A stretch of DNA of 64,000 nucleotides from Octopus sinensis (Eukaryota), in the NCBI RefSeq assembly GCF_006345805.1, contig NC_043002.1, positions 104,470,001-104,534,000 of the forward strand, in the 5' to 3' direction. Below are positions 24,320-37,949 of this stretch, in pieces. The first letter of the stretch is position 1, and each line of letters starts with the position of its first letter. The position numbers and the translations under genes were made by a program. The notes beneath the pieces were generated by a model. That model was given only the letters and a program-made list of their open reading frames with translations, did no database searches and had not been told where the DNA came from.

Positions 24320-24905
24320 GGTCTTAAATATGGTTTCTGATTACAAATAACTTGGGTCATACATATCATTATCTGAAAAAGATTTTCTAATTGGAAAGGG
24401 TATGGCCTGGTCAGCCTGTAATGATATGCATAAGATCTGGTCATCAAATCTAAGTAGAGATTTCAAACTGAAAATCTTCAAAGCCACAGTCGAACCAATT
24501 CTACTATATGGCTCAGAAACCTGGACATTATCAAAGAAGCATGAGAGGCGGTTGGATGGAACTTACACTCGCCACCTTATGAGAGCTCAAAATCGCTCGT
24601 GAAAGCGTCATCCAACCAAGTACAAATATATGGGAAACTACCACCTGTATCATCTCTTGTGAAGGTAGAAGAGTCCAGCAAACTGGACATTGTTGTAGAG
24701 CTGAAAACTAGGCAATTTCTACTATTCTCTTCTGGAAGCCATCTGCTTGCGATAACAAAGGGCGCACACTCTCCTACCCTGATGTAATCTCCAGGGATAC
24801 AGGCATCCAGCATCAAGACCGCCGTAGTGCTATAATGACCATGAAGTTTGGCGTAACATAGTAAATTCCATTGTCTCGACCACGCTCGAATAATGAATGA
24901 ATGAA
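24320..24905 (+). mobile_element. RTE-clade LINE 3' fragment (RT C-terminal region and 3' UTR)
   Basis: ...LGSYISLSEKDF..GKGMAWSACNDMHKIWSSNLSRDFKLKIFKATVEPILLYGSETWTLSKKHERRLDGTYTRHL; LLYGSETW is typical of RTE elements. Ends in (aatg)n. Confidence 0.85.
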
Positions 24906-24939
24906 TCTAATTGATACCTATCCATATAGTAAATACATT

Positions 24940-25130
24940 AAGGCGGCGAGCTGGCAGAATCGTTAGCACGCCGGGCGAAATGCTTAGCGGTGTTTCGTCT
25001 GCCGCAACGTTCTGAGTTCAAATTCCGCCGAGATCGACTTTGCCTTTTATCCTTTCGAGGTCGATAAATTAAGAACCAGTTGCATTTTGGAGTCGATCAA
25101 AATTTCGTGCCTTGTGCCTAGAGTAGAAAA
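24940..25130 (+). mobile_element. SINE family A
   Basis: aaggcggcgagctggcagaatcgttagcacgccgggcgaaatgcttagcgg...gttctgagttcaaattccgccgag. Confidence 0.9.
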
Positions 25131-27500
25131 GCATATAAAAATTACATTATACTATCTTTTTGTTTTTATTATTGTTTATAATTGGAGCATTGTTATTGTT
25201 TTGTAATTCGTTTTTTTATATTCCCTCTGAAAACATTCATGAGAGTTGAGAGTTGGCAACGATTTTGCAGCATAAATTTGCAGATTGAAATGACCTAAGC
25301 AAGACACTTAGAGCGAAAATAGCTTATTTGTTTAAGCAGTAATGCGATATCTATGCAAGCTCTCAGTAGAAATACTAGTAAATTTAAATAATGTCAGAAT
25401 ACTTTTACAAAAATTCCAGCAAATAGCATTCGAATGCCTAAAATATTGGTTTGATGAATTAAGAATTATTAGAAGAGATTTGCTGCACAATATCATGTGA
25501 TAAGTCAAAAAACTATTATTAGGTCAGGATTGATTCAAAGACAGGCTTTACTACGTGTTCACTGAAACTTCCGGAATTGTTTTAAATTCACGCAGAACGT
25601 CAGTAAGTTTGAGTTAAGAGTGCTGGTAAATAGCACCTATCCCGCTATTATGTAATACATTATTTTAAGTAACATGGAGAGATAAAAGATATAACGGATC
25701 TCAGAAATTGAACTCATGAACTAAAAAAATCGAAAGAAACCCTGTAAGGTATGTGTGTGTGATGCACTACCGATTCTTCCGATCTACCACCTAATTTATC
25801 TCAGATCTCAAATTAATGCCCGCAAAAAGATGAGCTAACTTAGGTAAACTAATCATAGGCTTAAACAACGAAATGATGCCAAGGGTGCAACATGTTTCAT
25901 CACGTTTTGAATATTTCATATGATGTGTCACTAAATTTCATGCTTCTTACTGCACAGTTACGCCTACGCCTATACTAAGACAAACAAATTCACCTACAAG
26001 TGTATTGAGACTTTAGTCGTATGTATCTGCTTTTCCATCATGTTGTTATTTGTTGACTGAGTGAAAAAGTGTTCAAAATCGTTTCACTATTTTAGATTAA
26101 TACAACACTACATTAGAGAAAGACTACTTATATTTGAAAAAATTATCGGGCGATGTTTGAGAGAAAATTACAATTCGTTGGAATTCAAGGGACGACGTAG
26201 ACCGTCCCAACTTCATGTTGATTTGATATTTTCAAAATGATAAATGATAGGTAATATCAGGTGGAACCGATTTATGATTAAAGATAATTAGTCCGCGAAC
26301 TCTTAATTTTTCCCATGTGTATTCCGTCCTTTTTCGAAAATGCTGCATATGATTGATCGCCATTTCGCAAGCTGAGCAATTCCCTTCGCTTGATTCTTCC
26401 ATCACCATATTTTGTATTCTAGGAATATTGACCAGGCTTTACTTCATCAATGTATGATCGTATGTTGTTTGAAACATGCATAAGAACGGTGGATAGTATG
26501 AATATTTCCTAGTTTAATAACCTTCCGCTTTGTTTGTAACCATATAATGACCATCAGTTACCAGGCATCTGTTTTCGTTTTAAGATTAAAACAATTGTAA
26601 TTAAAAAAAAATCAAAATATGTGACTAATTGAAGAAAAGTTTAACACATTGCCACGTAAGCGATCGCGTGATTACGTTTCTGTATAAGATTGTACGTGAA
26701 CATAAAAAAAAAGAATGTAATTAGTTTTCTGTGCATATAGGTAGCGTGTCCTGGAAGCTAATAACTATGAGTGACGCATTTTGAAAGAGGGCCTTCTGAG
26801 ACCAAAATATTAGACAATGGATGTCAAAGAATAGAATTCAGCAGATAGGCACCTGATAAACAATTGCTTCATCTCTCCTCCTTCGTATCCGAACGTAACC
26901 TTAAGAATCAACGAATTATTTCAAGAACAAGCAAATCACTTCAATTTAATTAAATTCCAGTCATTCCATTCTGAATGAAAATTCCCGTGAGGTACTAACC
27001 TGTCTGAAGTTGGCATGTATTTAGAGAAGTGTGAGTAACAAGCAGACTTTACACAGAAAAGTTCAAGCACATCAGATTTGTTTGCACGCTGCTCTGATCA
27101 ATATGGCATTGATAAAACGGCCAGTTTTAAAATTTCACCAGGATATTTGTCAAATAATAGTAAAAAAAATTCTAATTTAATAAATCGCTTTTCTGTTTTA
27201 TAGAACAATATATGTATTTTTTAGAAATAGACAGAGCAGAAGCAGCACTCGCTTACATACCATTTCAGATCTTACACACACACACTCACACGCACGAACG
27301 GACACAGATATACACACAGGCATACACACATAAACACACGCATGCACACACACACATATGTATATGTAGGTGTGTATCAATGTTGTACATATGAATGTAT
27401 ATATGAATATGAATATGTATACGTGTGCATGTAGTGCATATGTGTATATACACACACACACACATATAATATATATATGTGTGTGTGTGTGTATATATAC

Positions 27501-27532
<32 letters not shown>

Positions 27533-27627
27533 ATATACATATATATATATATATATTATATATATATATATAATTTTAATATATATATGTATATATGTAT
27601 ATACATATCTATATCTATATATCTCTC

Positions 27628-27725
<98 letters not shown>

Positions 27726-28369
27726 GCATACACTATCTAATTTGATATATATCTTTATATAATTATTTCCTTCACATTCCATGTCGTAAATTATCAGTCG
27801 CTTTTACACAATTTGGCACGAGCAGAAACCTCATTGTTGTTTGAACTTTAACATTTATTTTCGACGTTACAATGCAAATACGATTCTTGTGTAGAAACTT
27901 TAATCAGAAATCTTTAAATCCTTCAAAGGTCACATGTACGCATGAAAGAACTTTACAATTTCAGATCCTCCAACCGTATTGTTGTCCATAGAATTCTGCG
28001 TTCCTCTCTTCACTTCTATGTTTCCGTTATGTATTATCATTCTAAATTCAATATTAACAAGATTTCGCGAAAGAAAATGGCAGAATAGCAAAATCATTCA
28101 ATAACCTGAGCAGCCTAAGGTAACATAACTTTAATATGTGAATAACTGTCACCGTCATATTTCAAATAACGTTTTCTTTTTTTTCGAAAGCAGCCAAAAA
28201 TATAAAAATTCAAAGAATACATTTATAAATACGGGGCGGCTTATCGAGGTTAAGCAATCAGTTTACTTGCATACATCCAACAAACATTAGAAATTTCTAC
28301 TGCCATCTTTGCGTTATATTCACGTAACTCGTGTCAAATCATTTAACTTTTTTCCATCGTTCATCGTTC

Positions 28370-28500
28370 GATCTTTTATTTGTTTCAGTCGTTCAACTGC
28401 AGCTATACTAAGACAGAAACTGAAACGGTTTTAATCGGACATATTAACCTCAGGACTTATTCTATTGGTGTCATTTGCCGGACCGCTTAGTTACGACAGA
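28370..28500 (-). mobile_element. Degenerate SINE family C 3' part
   Basis: ttgtttcagtc...caggacttattct...ccgcttagttacg. Confidence 0.55.
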
Positions 28501-28875
28501 GATTTTTCCTTCATTTTTACACTGTTAAGAGTCAATACCATCATCATATTTCGGCTGGGAAGCTCAAGAACTGGAACCTTTCAAATATTTTGGTGTCTAG
28601 CTATAACTGTGCACCTTACGTAATACATAGATATTCCAATAAAAAGAAGGAAGAAACGTGATATACTAAAACTTACGAACATGTTAATTCAATTCAAACG
28701 CAGGCATATAAAAGAAAAAAGGATTAAATAAAATGCAGAATACCAACAGACTAACATCACATACAACTTGTGTATGTCAGTTCTATTATGTTTATATACC
28801 CCAATCTGCTTCTAATTTAACATGTATACACATACATATATGAACATATATACATATATATATATATATTATATA

Positions 28876-28921
<46 letters not shown>

Positions 28922-28939
28922 TTCAAAATGTATCTACCT

Positions 28940-29355
28940 CAATCGTTGGCGATATTTTCCCCTCTTGCTTCCTTTTCTATTGAACTTTCCTTTGTTTTGG
29001 AAGAAGAGGTTTGCTCGAAACATAAAACCACCTTTCTTTCCTTCCTTGAGCGTCTGCTATTATTTTACATTTACCCACGTCCTCGCGTTTTTGTTGTCTT
29101 TATGTTTGTTCTTTGGTTTGTTTTTCGGGATTTATATATATACACGCCACATATGCATACATATATACATATATATGGCGATTTTTGTCCTCCGTCTTCC
29201 CTTCATTGGATCTTTCCTTTTCTTATATTTGTGACGAAGAGCTCCGCTCGAAATGTTAAACCCCCCTTCTTTCCTAAGCGTCCAATAATACTATACTTGT
29301 TCCACATCCTCGCGTTGTTGTATTTTCTCTTTGTGTTTTCATGTTTGGATTAACT
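28940..29355 (+). mobile_element. Two diverged tandem ~180-bp pLTR-like units, each with a decayed minimal hammerhead
   Basis: 28994-29028: gttt-TGGAAGA-a-gag-gtttg-ctc-GAAAC-ATA-aaac. 29228-29260: ttt-GTGACGA-a-gag-ctccg-ctc-GAAAT-GTT-aaa. Shared flanks ggcgat..ttt and gagcgtc...cacgtcctcgcgtt. Confidence 0.6.
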
Positions 29356-29494
29356 TTATATATATATATATCAGTTGGTTAAGTTCACATCGATCGCTAT
29401 TATTAGCTCAATAGTAGGGAGCGTGTGACAAGTTGGTAAAATCCTGTGACGGAATATTAGTTTTAAATTTTAGAACAATCCCTGCAATTTCGAG

Positions 29495-29671
29495 GAGGGT
29501 TTAGTTGATTAGATCGAACCCGTAGCGTTTAATCAGTATTTATTTTATCGACCCCGAAATCATGAAAAAAATGTAGGTCTCGGCGGAACTTGAATTCAAA
29601 ATTTAAAGATGGACGATTTGCCGATAAGCATTTCTCTTGACGTGCTAACGATTCTACCAGCTCGCCACCTT
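29495..29671 (-). mobile_element. Degenerate SINE family A
   Basis: tttatcgaccccgaaat...ctcggcggaacttgaattc...gtgctaacgattctaccagctcgccacctt. Confidence 0.8.
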
Positions 29672-31317
29672 ATTCAAAGGGAATATTCATTTCTACTTTA
29701 CGCATCATACAGAGGTTTCGATGTTTGACTATGATTATTTATTATCTCTTCTTTTCGTTTCGGTTTTGTTAGAATAATTTTAAAGCAGATGAGTTGTTTT
29801 GACCGAGAAATGCAAAAGGACCAAAATTAGGCTCTTTGCGTCGCCCCTATTCGATGACACTTATATCTTTCTTCCAAATATGGAAACATTTTTGAAAATG
29901 TGCGTCCGGGACATGAATTCGTTGTCATGAATATAAATGTGAAGATATTTGTGCGCATGTGTGTGTGTCTTTGTGTGTGTGTATGTGTGTGTGTGCGCGT
30001 GTATGTGTCTATACTCATATGTATGTATGTTATATGTAAGTATATTCGTCTGTGTGTATGTGTGTGTGTCTTTCTGTCTGTCCGTGTTGGAAATAAAATA
30101 CCGGAAGCCCATTTCATTTCCAACAGAAGGAGAATTGTCTTTACGGTGAAAAGTACTTCCTGGACGGAAATATAAATAATATAAATGTAATATGCGAGAA
30201 GATGGTGGTTAGGTAATACGGAAAGAAATATATTTTAAAACATTCTCCACAGGAATAGGAAAATAATAAGTACCACCAATAAAAAAAATAGTAAGAACCA
30301 CAGGAACCTCAGATGTATTGAACGGATGAAATATCAAAATTCACAGCCATACGAATAAGGCAGTCACCAACTTACCGAATCCTGGATGAGTCGGTTATAT
30401 TTTCTACTGGTATTATTTCTATCCGAGGGTCAGTTTTGTCTTTCCTTCTCTCGGTTTATGATTGTGTTACTTTCTGGAAGAAACCGATCTCTACTATGCG
30501 TAAAAAGGACCACGTCCTACCAAATGTGCGTATCACAAATCAAATGAAAGCTGGAGAGAAAATATCAATGGAGAATAAAAGTATTTTGAAGGTAATCAGT
30601 GCTTGTGTCTGCGACAAGGGTTTCGTTGAATGGAGAAAATTGGTGGGGGAGAGAGATGAAAAATGTTCTTAAAATATGTTGTTGATAATGATAATGCAGA
30701 AGGAATGTATTGGAGAGTACGTAAATTGGTAACCATTTGGTTATTTTGCAATGCCATAAAAAAAACAAAAAAACTTGAGTAGCCTCTCAGAATTTCATGA
30801 CTTTCGTATCTCTCCGAATTCTACTTCTATGGCGGTTTCTACTGCAGAAGAGCCACGCAATTTTCTAGATTAAATCGCGGTCTCTATTTCAGTGCACTTC
30901 TCCGGACTCACGCAGAGCATTTCACATGCCAGATTGACAATATCATACAAGCTACCAACACAACTAATATCAACTTGATACCTTTGTCTATTAAACTAAC
31001 TCGCTTCTCACAGCCTTATTTAAAATCTACGTATATATAGTATATGACAAATCTGCCATGATATCCGTTTCACAACCGACAATCACTATCTATTCACATC
31101 CGTTCACTATAATCTTTTTCACTCCTAATTCTAAATATTCTATTTCTAGTGATGTCTTGAAGTTCTATTCTTTCAGCAGTTATAGGATACTGATTCTGAT
31201 AAACCTTAACATAGGTTCTGAAATGCTTCACTTATTTAAATTTAAATAAATGTATTTATAATTCCTTTGAAAATGTTAACGTTAAATGTATGTCAAAAAT
31301 AGCAGAATAGCCAGAAT

Positions 31318-32597
31318 TAGGAGATGTCCATTAAAAGATTTCCCCTGACCCACTTCCGTTTATTGCAGAAAGCGAAACTTGTCCAGGTATAATTATATGT
31401 CTTTACATGTCATATTGTGAATTGCAGCTTTTCATTTGTATTTGTTTGTTTTTTAAGGCGGCTGAAGTGGACTAAGGTGTTATAACGATGGTTGTTGAAT
31501 GCAGATCAGTGATCAGGTTCTTATACTATAAAGGTCGTACACCAAAAGAGATTTTCTATGAGATGAAAGAAGTTTATGGTGACGATAACACTCATACGAC
31601 GTAGTCAAGCACTGGCATCACCAGTTCAAATATGGTCGGACATCGGTGGATAGTGCTCCTATTCCTGGACGACCACATTCCGCCATTAATGACGACACCA
31701 TCCATAAAGCGGAATCCACCATTTTGGAGGATCACCGTATAACTATTGGGCAACCAGCCCAAGAAATGAAGATATGGAAAAAGTCATTTACAAACATTTG
31801 TACAGGCAAAAGTTTTCTACACGATGGATTCCCCGGATGCTCACATCTTTGCAGGAGCAGAAACGTGCTACCTGCTCCCAGGAACTTTTGGCAATATGCC
31901 AAGGAAACGGGGATGAATTTTACGGCAGATTTATCACACAGGAGGAAACATGGGTCCATCACTATGATCCTGAGTCTAAAGTCCAGTCGAAGCAATGGAA
32001 GCATGATAACTTACCAGTTCCAGTGAAGGCTCATGTCCAATCCTCAGCGGGCAAGGTGATGCTCAGTCTTTTGGGATCAATATAGATTAGCAATGATGGA
32101 TTTTCTGGCAAAGGGCACCATAATTAACGGAGCATACCATGCTTCCCTGCTGCAGGAATTGCGGGATACCATTAAAGCAGAGAGGCGTGGCATGCTGACC
32201 AAAGGAGTCCGTCTCCGCTAAGACAACACCCCAGTTCACAATGTGCATGTTGCCCAGATGAAAGCACATTCCTGAGGCTATAAAATCCTTCCCAATCCCC
32301 CTTACACTCCCTCCCTCGCACCATCTCACTTCCACCTCTTTCCAATGATGAAGTCTCTTTTGAAGGGGAAGCACTTTTCGGATGATGATGAACTAATTTT
32401 CAAGGTAAAGTCTTGGCTCCAGACGCAACCTACCGACTTCTACAGACAACTTCTTCACAGCTGCAGAAAGTGGTGGGGGAAAGAGTTTCACCATTGGTGG
32501 TGGCTATGTAGAGAAGGACTAATAATTATGCGTAGTTTCGACTAACCCAGTCTTTGAGAAGTGAGTCAGAGTAAATTTTTAATGAACACCCTTCTTA
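31318..32597 (+). mobile_element. Decayed mariner (DD34D-type) transposon with remnant TIRs
   Basis: Stitched: SVIRFL..KGRTPKEIFYEMKEVYGD...IPGRP...WIPRMLT...FITQEETWVHHYDPESKVQSKQW...SAGKVML..WD...DNTPVH...PPYTPSLAPSHFHLFPMMK..LKGKHFSDDDEL. TIR-like ends gagatgtccattaaaagatttcccctgacc (31321) and gagtcagagtaaatttttaatgaacaccctt (about 32563-32593). Confidence 0.9.
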
Positions 32598-32796
32598 TCA
32601 TGTCTTTTGTTTAGTTTTCTTTGTTAAGCACAAGATTAAAACTGATGGTCAAACACGTGTCCAAAGTCGCTGATATGTATCTGTGACACACATAAATATT
32701 TACTCACGCACAATCATTTGCTTAATTTGTTTTAAGTATATATATATACATACATACATACATACATACATTTATATATATATATATATATATATA

Positions 32797-33325
32797 TACT
32801 AAGTAATTAAGGGTTTAGCAACGATTTGCCTCACCACACACCGAATTTAGAAATAGCAGTCAAAGAGTTATGGCTATTCTTTCTACTTAAAAGAGAGATC
32901 TCAGTAAAACCACAGCACTTAAAAGGCAAACAACGCAGGTAAAAGAGAAAGAAATGACGACAATCATTCTATATTAAGTCACCTACGGACGTACGTTTCG
33001 AAATTAAGTCATAGGAAAGCATAAAAATTAAATAATTATGTCTTACCCGACTACTTTTCTCCTCAGCGTAGGACTCTACAATTATAGATAATTGTGTATT
33101 AAATTTGGAGTGCCGTGGTTTTACTGAGATCTCTCTTTTAAGTAGAAAGAATAGCCATAACTCTTTGACTGCTATTTCTAAATTCGGTGTGTGGTGAGGC
33201 AATCGTTGCTAAACCCTTAATTACTTAGTATTACTTAAACCTTCCTCGAATGGGGCTTTTACATGCCGAAATCTACTTGGTGAAATTGATGATTACTCCA
33301 AATTAATTGATTTCACCCTATATTA
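32797..33325 (-). mobile_element. Non-coding PLE pLTR-like element with inverted tail and an intact-looking hammerhead
   Basis: Inverted repeat 32797-32918 / 33110-33230 encloses the HHR; the 33230-33325 extension is homologous to 640-710 and more distantly to 18503-18560. Confidence 0.8.
32982..33072 (-). ncRNA. Canonical type I hammerhead ribozyme motif with long stem II
   Basis: Minus: cctacg-CTGAGGA-gaaaagtagtc...gacttaatttc-GAAAC-gtac-GTC-cgtagg. 6-bp stem I, complete core, G-C closed stem II (gaaa/tttc), palindromic stem III, GUC site; predicted cut between 32988 and 32987. Confidence 0.88.
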
Positions 33326-33384
33326 TTATTGATAACTATATATATATATATATAGTTGAAGAGTGGATGTGATGTAGGTAATAT

Positions 33385-33700
33385 AGTCGAGGCTTCAGTC
33401 CCACTGTGTGACGCACGTTGAATAAGGATCTTCAACTCTAGTCCAGAGATACCAAATCCTTGAGAACGGATTGGATAGATGGTAACTATAGAATCTGATC
33501 GTATATAGGTATATGTCACTATGTTCACCCGACCCCATCGCTTGATGACCAGATGTGATTTGTCTCAGTCGCCGTGACTTAACGATTCGGCATAAGAGAC
33601 CTTTCTTTACCAGGCATTTTCAAAAACCATCATTAGTTCTATTAAAATCTTCAATGGAGTGCCCCAGCAAGGCCGCGGTCTGATGCCCGAAACAAATAAC
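33385..33700 (+). mobile_element. Degenerate SINE family C
   Basis: ttcagtcccactgtgtgac head; catcgcttgatgacc, gtgacttaacgattcggc and gccccagcaaggccgcgg blocks. Confidence 0.55.
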
Positions 33701-34169
33701 TTGTGCAAGTGTATGTGTGTGTTTGTGTACGTAAATATACATACATCAATATATACATATGTCAAAGTATAATGTGATATTGATTACCATAGACAGAATT
33801 CTGTTATTTAAGGGAAATGTAAGTGAAAATCCGGATATTCCGAGATGCTGGAGAGGTCGAGTATATTCTCTTACGTTCATTGGTCCGGATAACATGTTTT
33901 CTTATCAGTTTCTGTCAGCAACTTTGATTTGACGACAAACTCTCCTCACAGCAACAGTAAGACTGCTTACAAAGCATAATGGATTAATTTACATCTCCAC
34001 ATTGTCAGTGAAACATTTCCTGTAGCGATATAATATTTGTTGACGTAGGAAGTTAAATTCTGTGATAGACACTAAATGAGGACATACATTACGTTGAGAA
34101 AATGTATGTTATATACATACGTACTCAAAGTCATACACACGCATATATATATATGGAGGTAGTGAGTAT

Positions 34170-34445
34170 CCATCGGTTGGGATAGCGAACGTTCCAGTTG
34201 ATCCGATCAACGGAACATCGTGCAAGTGGCTGAGCACTCCACAGACTCTTAACGTCGTTCTCGGGGAGATTCAGGGAGGCACAGAATTTGACAAAGCTGG
34301 GCCTTTGAAATACAGGTAATGTTCATTGTTACGAGCTGAATGGACAGAAGCAACCTGAAATAAAGTGTCTTGCTCAATGACACAGCGTGCAAACTGGAAT
34401 CGAAATCTTCACCTTACGATCATGGGCAGAATACCACAACCGGGA
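34170..34445 (-). mobile_element. SINE related to family B, partial
   Basis: gttccagttgatccgatcaacggaac...gtggctgagcactccacagac...cctttgaaatacagg is the reverse complement of family-B 3' blocks. Confidence 0.7.
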
Positions 34446-34490
34446 AACCACGCTTACACACGCACACACACACATACGCACACATTCATT

Positions 34491-34577
<87 letters not shown>

Positions 34578-34599
34578 GTATAGATAATCAAAAAACAAA

Positions 34600-34785
34600 A
34601 CGGAGAAAAAAGGCAAGAAAAAAAACAACGTGAGGACGTGATACGAGCAAAGTATTAATGAGACGCTCAGAGAAAGGAAGGGAGGGTGGTTGTTTTATGA
34701 TTAGAGCAAAGCTCTTCTTCGAAAACAGGAGACAGAGGAAAGTCAAAAAGAAAAGGAAGAAGGAGGAAAACAGTCGCCAATAGTC
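34600..34785 (-). mobile_element. Third copy of the 28940-type unit, hammerhead destroyed
   Basis: Minus: gttt-TCGAAGA-a-gag-ctttg-ctc-TAATC-ATA-aaac (34726->34692) with the same flanks (ttggcga..., gagcgtc, cacgtcctc). Confidence 0.55.
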
Positions 34786-37374
34786 GACGTGTAGTTATAT
34801 TTGCGTGTGTGTGTGTGTGTGTGTATCGAGTTGGATGACGAACAAAGGTGTGAAGTGGAGTAAAAGCATTTGAAGAGGCCAGGATAACATAAGTAAGGCC
34901 CAAAAGAGAATGTAACGATCGAGAAGGTGAATCACAATGACCTTTGTGTGTGTACAGTCTGTGACAGACCATGCCTTTCTTTTGCTGGCCTCAAATCTCA
35001 CCTGCGAACGCATGGAAAGCGAACCTCCACCAACTATTGTGACTATATGTCTGTGCAAACACTTTGAATACAGTGTATACCAGAAAGTTTGCAAATCCAA
35101 TGGAGTCCTCAGAGGACATGTTTAGATCCACAAAGAGCAGAACTTATCTGCAGGTATTGGTGGTCCAAATAAGAGGTGGTATCTATGTAGGTGTGTTTTC
35201 AGGACATTGTCTGGTTTAAAAAGTCACATCAGACGCCAAGATGGTGTACACAATATCATATACAGAGTAGTACTCTTCATGACGAGGGGTCCAAAATAAT
35301 TGAAATAAATATCAATCTCCCAGGTGTAAAACCCTATGAAAACTTTAATATAGTAATTACTCACATATTCGCGCACACGTGCGCACTCATGCATGTTTTA
35401 GCATGTACGTATGGAAGAGGTTCTACCGAGCGCTTCAGCACGCTTCTTTCTACAAGATTTTGCTCACAAATAACTAGAGAAGTAGAATTTACAGTAGAAT
35501 TTTCAGACAGAGTGTCGAGCAGGGGAATCAAACAGTTTGTAATCAGACCTTTATTTCACGGGATCGTCTTTCCATTCCATCATAAGCATATTTGCAACGC
35601 GGTAACATTTGGTTTTTCTTGGAATCCCTGTTTGGGCATCTTTGGGCGTCTTTGGGTGCTATTACTGAAATACACAGAAGCCAGGACTAATGCCTGTTTA
35701 TCCCTACAATAGCATACCCACTCTAACAAAATATAAAAAGCAGATTGCCGTCTGAGGTGAGGACTATTTTGGCTTGCAAACTATAGCAAGTTAAGGATCC
35801 AATTTGAAATTTATTGTTGCTCAACTCAACACTATTTTTTCATGAGTAATGTGACGTGCGGAAAAACAAATCGAATATCGTTTATTAAATTTACTATTCT
35901 TTTGTTGTTTTTGTTGTTGGTGTTGTTTCATTATGTTCCATTGAATTGTATTCAATATATTTCGAAAATTTTCTGAACATCATGCTAGGCGCATGGAGTC
36001 ATATATTTTGCTTTATCATAACTATTCGCATCGATCAAGAGATTATGTAAACACCATCAACTTCGGAAGGCTATTTCATTAAATCGAATCCAATAAAATG
36101 GACAGTCAATTATAAGGACAGCGGACGATATAAAATTTACTATCAGCTAACCGTTTACCTGTCAAAATCAATGTTCTGCACGATGAAATACAATCTGTAA
36201 TTCAAACCTTAAAATTTGTCGTTTCGTTGATTCCTTTCCACTGTTTTCCGTCTTCGCTCGTTTTTCTTTTCGATCAGATCAATCATTTGCCTGAAGTCAA
36301 CCTTATTTCTCTTGCTTGTTTCTCTATCATTATTAGATTTTTATTTCTTCTTAAATTATTTTTATTTATTTGGAATGGCAGAAACATACTTGGCCACAAC
36401 TGTGTCGCAGCAAAAGTGTTTACTATGCAACACATGCAGTCAGTGTGCACAAATTTGTAGGACCCTTTATATTTCAGCAAATGGGATTCGTTTACAATAA
36501 ATACACTTTATAACATGTATATTCGGATATATTAAAATCTTTGAAAATCGACATGACTTAACTGTACGGAGCTATTTAGAAAGATATTTGACCAATGTGT
36601 GTCGTATCTCTTTAATGCACATCTTTCCAAATGATATGCCGCAAGGAATATCTAGGTTTACACCGCGGGTTTCGAAACAGATGTTTTAACACTTTCAAAA
36701 GTGACACGATAAGGTTTCAGCGTCTCCAAAGATATATTACACATATTACGATGAATATTACAACAATGATTCCAATTCGTACAAGTCAGTTTTATCTTAA
36801 TAATTCTGATGCACACTCTATACGATCGTTTTACTCTTTTGTTCTTCTCTCTAATTCTTTTACCTCCTATTCTCCCACTATTCCTTCATATTACTCTGTC
36901 ACCCTCTCTCATTCACTCCTCCTCCTCCCTTGCTCATGTGGCTTTCACGTGACCATCGGCCATTTTCCCCCTTCTAACTTGTGATTTTTTCTTTCTATCT
37001 GTTGTAGCTGGAACGAGGAAGACGTATTCTTGTCTGTCTCCTGTCCAAGCTTGATTTATGCGTTCGCCAACACAACCTCATTTAGGCTTAGCAGCATTTC
37101 CTCTTTGTTTTCACCATCCTGTTTGTGTTACCTATTTTGACCTTCCGCAAGAATTCCAAATTTTATATAATTTGCTTTGTGGGAGCAAATTATATAATTA
37201 TATATTGTATTTCATCGTGCAGAACATTGATTTTGACAGGTAAACGGTTAGCTGATAGTAAACATTTTATCGAAAGCGTATATTGTTGTTAAATGCTCAA
37301 AATACAAGTCTAGAAAATCAGTCAACAACTGATGAAGGGTCCTTCTTTATGTTGTTTGTTTTGTTTTCATTACC

Positions 37375-37575
37375 AGAATCGTTGGTACGCGGAGCAAAAT
37401 AATGGTTAGGGTGTTTCGTCCATCCTTATGTTCTGATTTCAAATTCCGTCGTGGTCGTCTATGACATGCATCATTTCGGGGTCTATAAATCATGCAGCAG
37501 TTGAGTACGGACGTCTGTGTAAGTGACTCTTCTTCTCTCCCAGAATTTCTGGCCTTGTGCCAAAATTTGAAACCA
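37375..37575 (-). mobile_element. Degenerate SINE family A
   Basis: accagaatcgttggtacg head-like piece plus atttcggggtctataaat and ccttgtgccaaaatttgaaaccaat tail; orientation of the pieces suggests plus-strand remnants, so the strand is uncertain. Confidence 0.45.
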
Positions 37576-37819
37576 ATCATTCCAAGATGTCATTTAAAGT
37601 TAACTTATGATGAAATATTATCGAAGAAATAGCTTTGTTCAGAACCTAAAGGATGTCTGGTGACAGATTTATGGAAATAAATATGTCGAACTTTTTTGCA
37701 TTTCTCTCCCTTATTCGCTCGAACGAGGCTCTTACATTCGTAACGAAACGATCGTATGCTCATAGGTGACTAATGAATTTAATAATTTCATCTCCATTAA
37801 TTTACATATATATATATAC

Positions 37820-37854
<35 letters not shown>

Positions 37855-37902
37855 AGTGTGTATGTACACACAAATTAATGCAGATGAAATAATTACATTT
37901 AT

Positions 37903-37949
<47 letters not shown>

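Noticed and set aside
30480-30600. Exon-like segment ending in AAG|GTAATC
   Set aside because: Weak acceptor and no protein similarity that I can recognise.
36631-36984. Possible GIY-YIG remnant (CRKEYLG...)
   Set aside because: A single weak motif with no supporting upstream IY or RT sequence.
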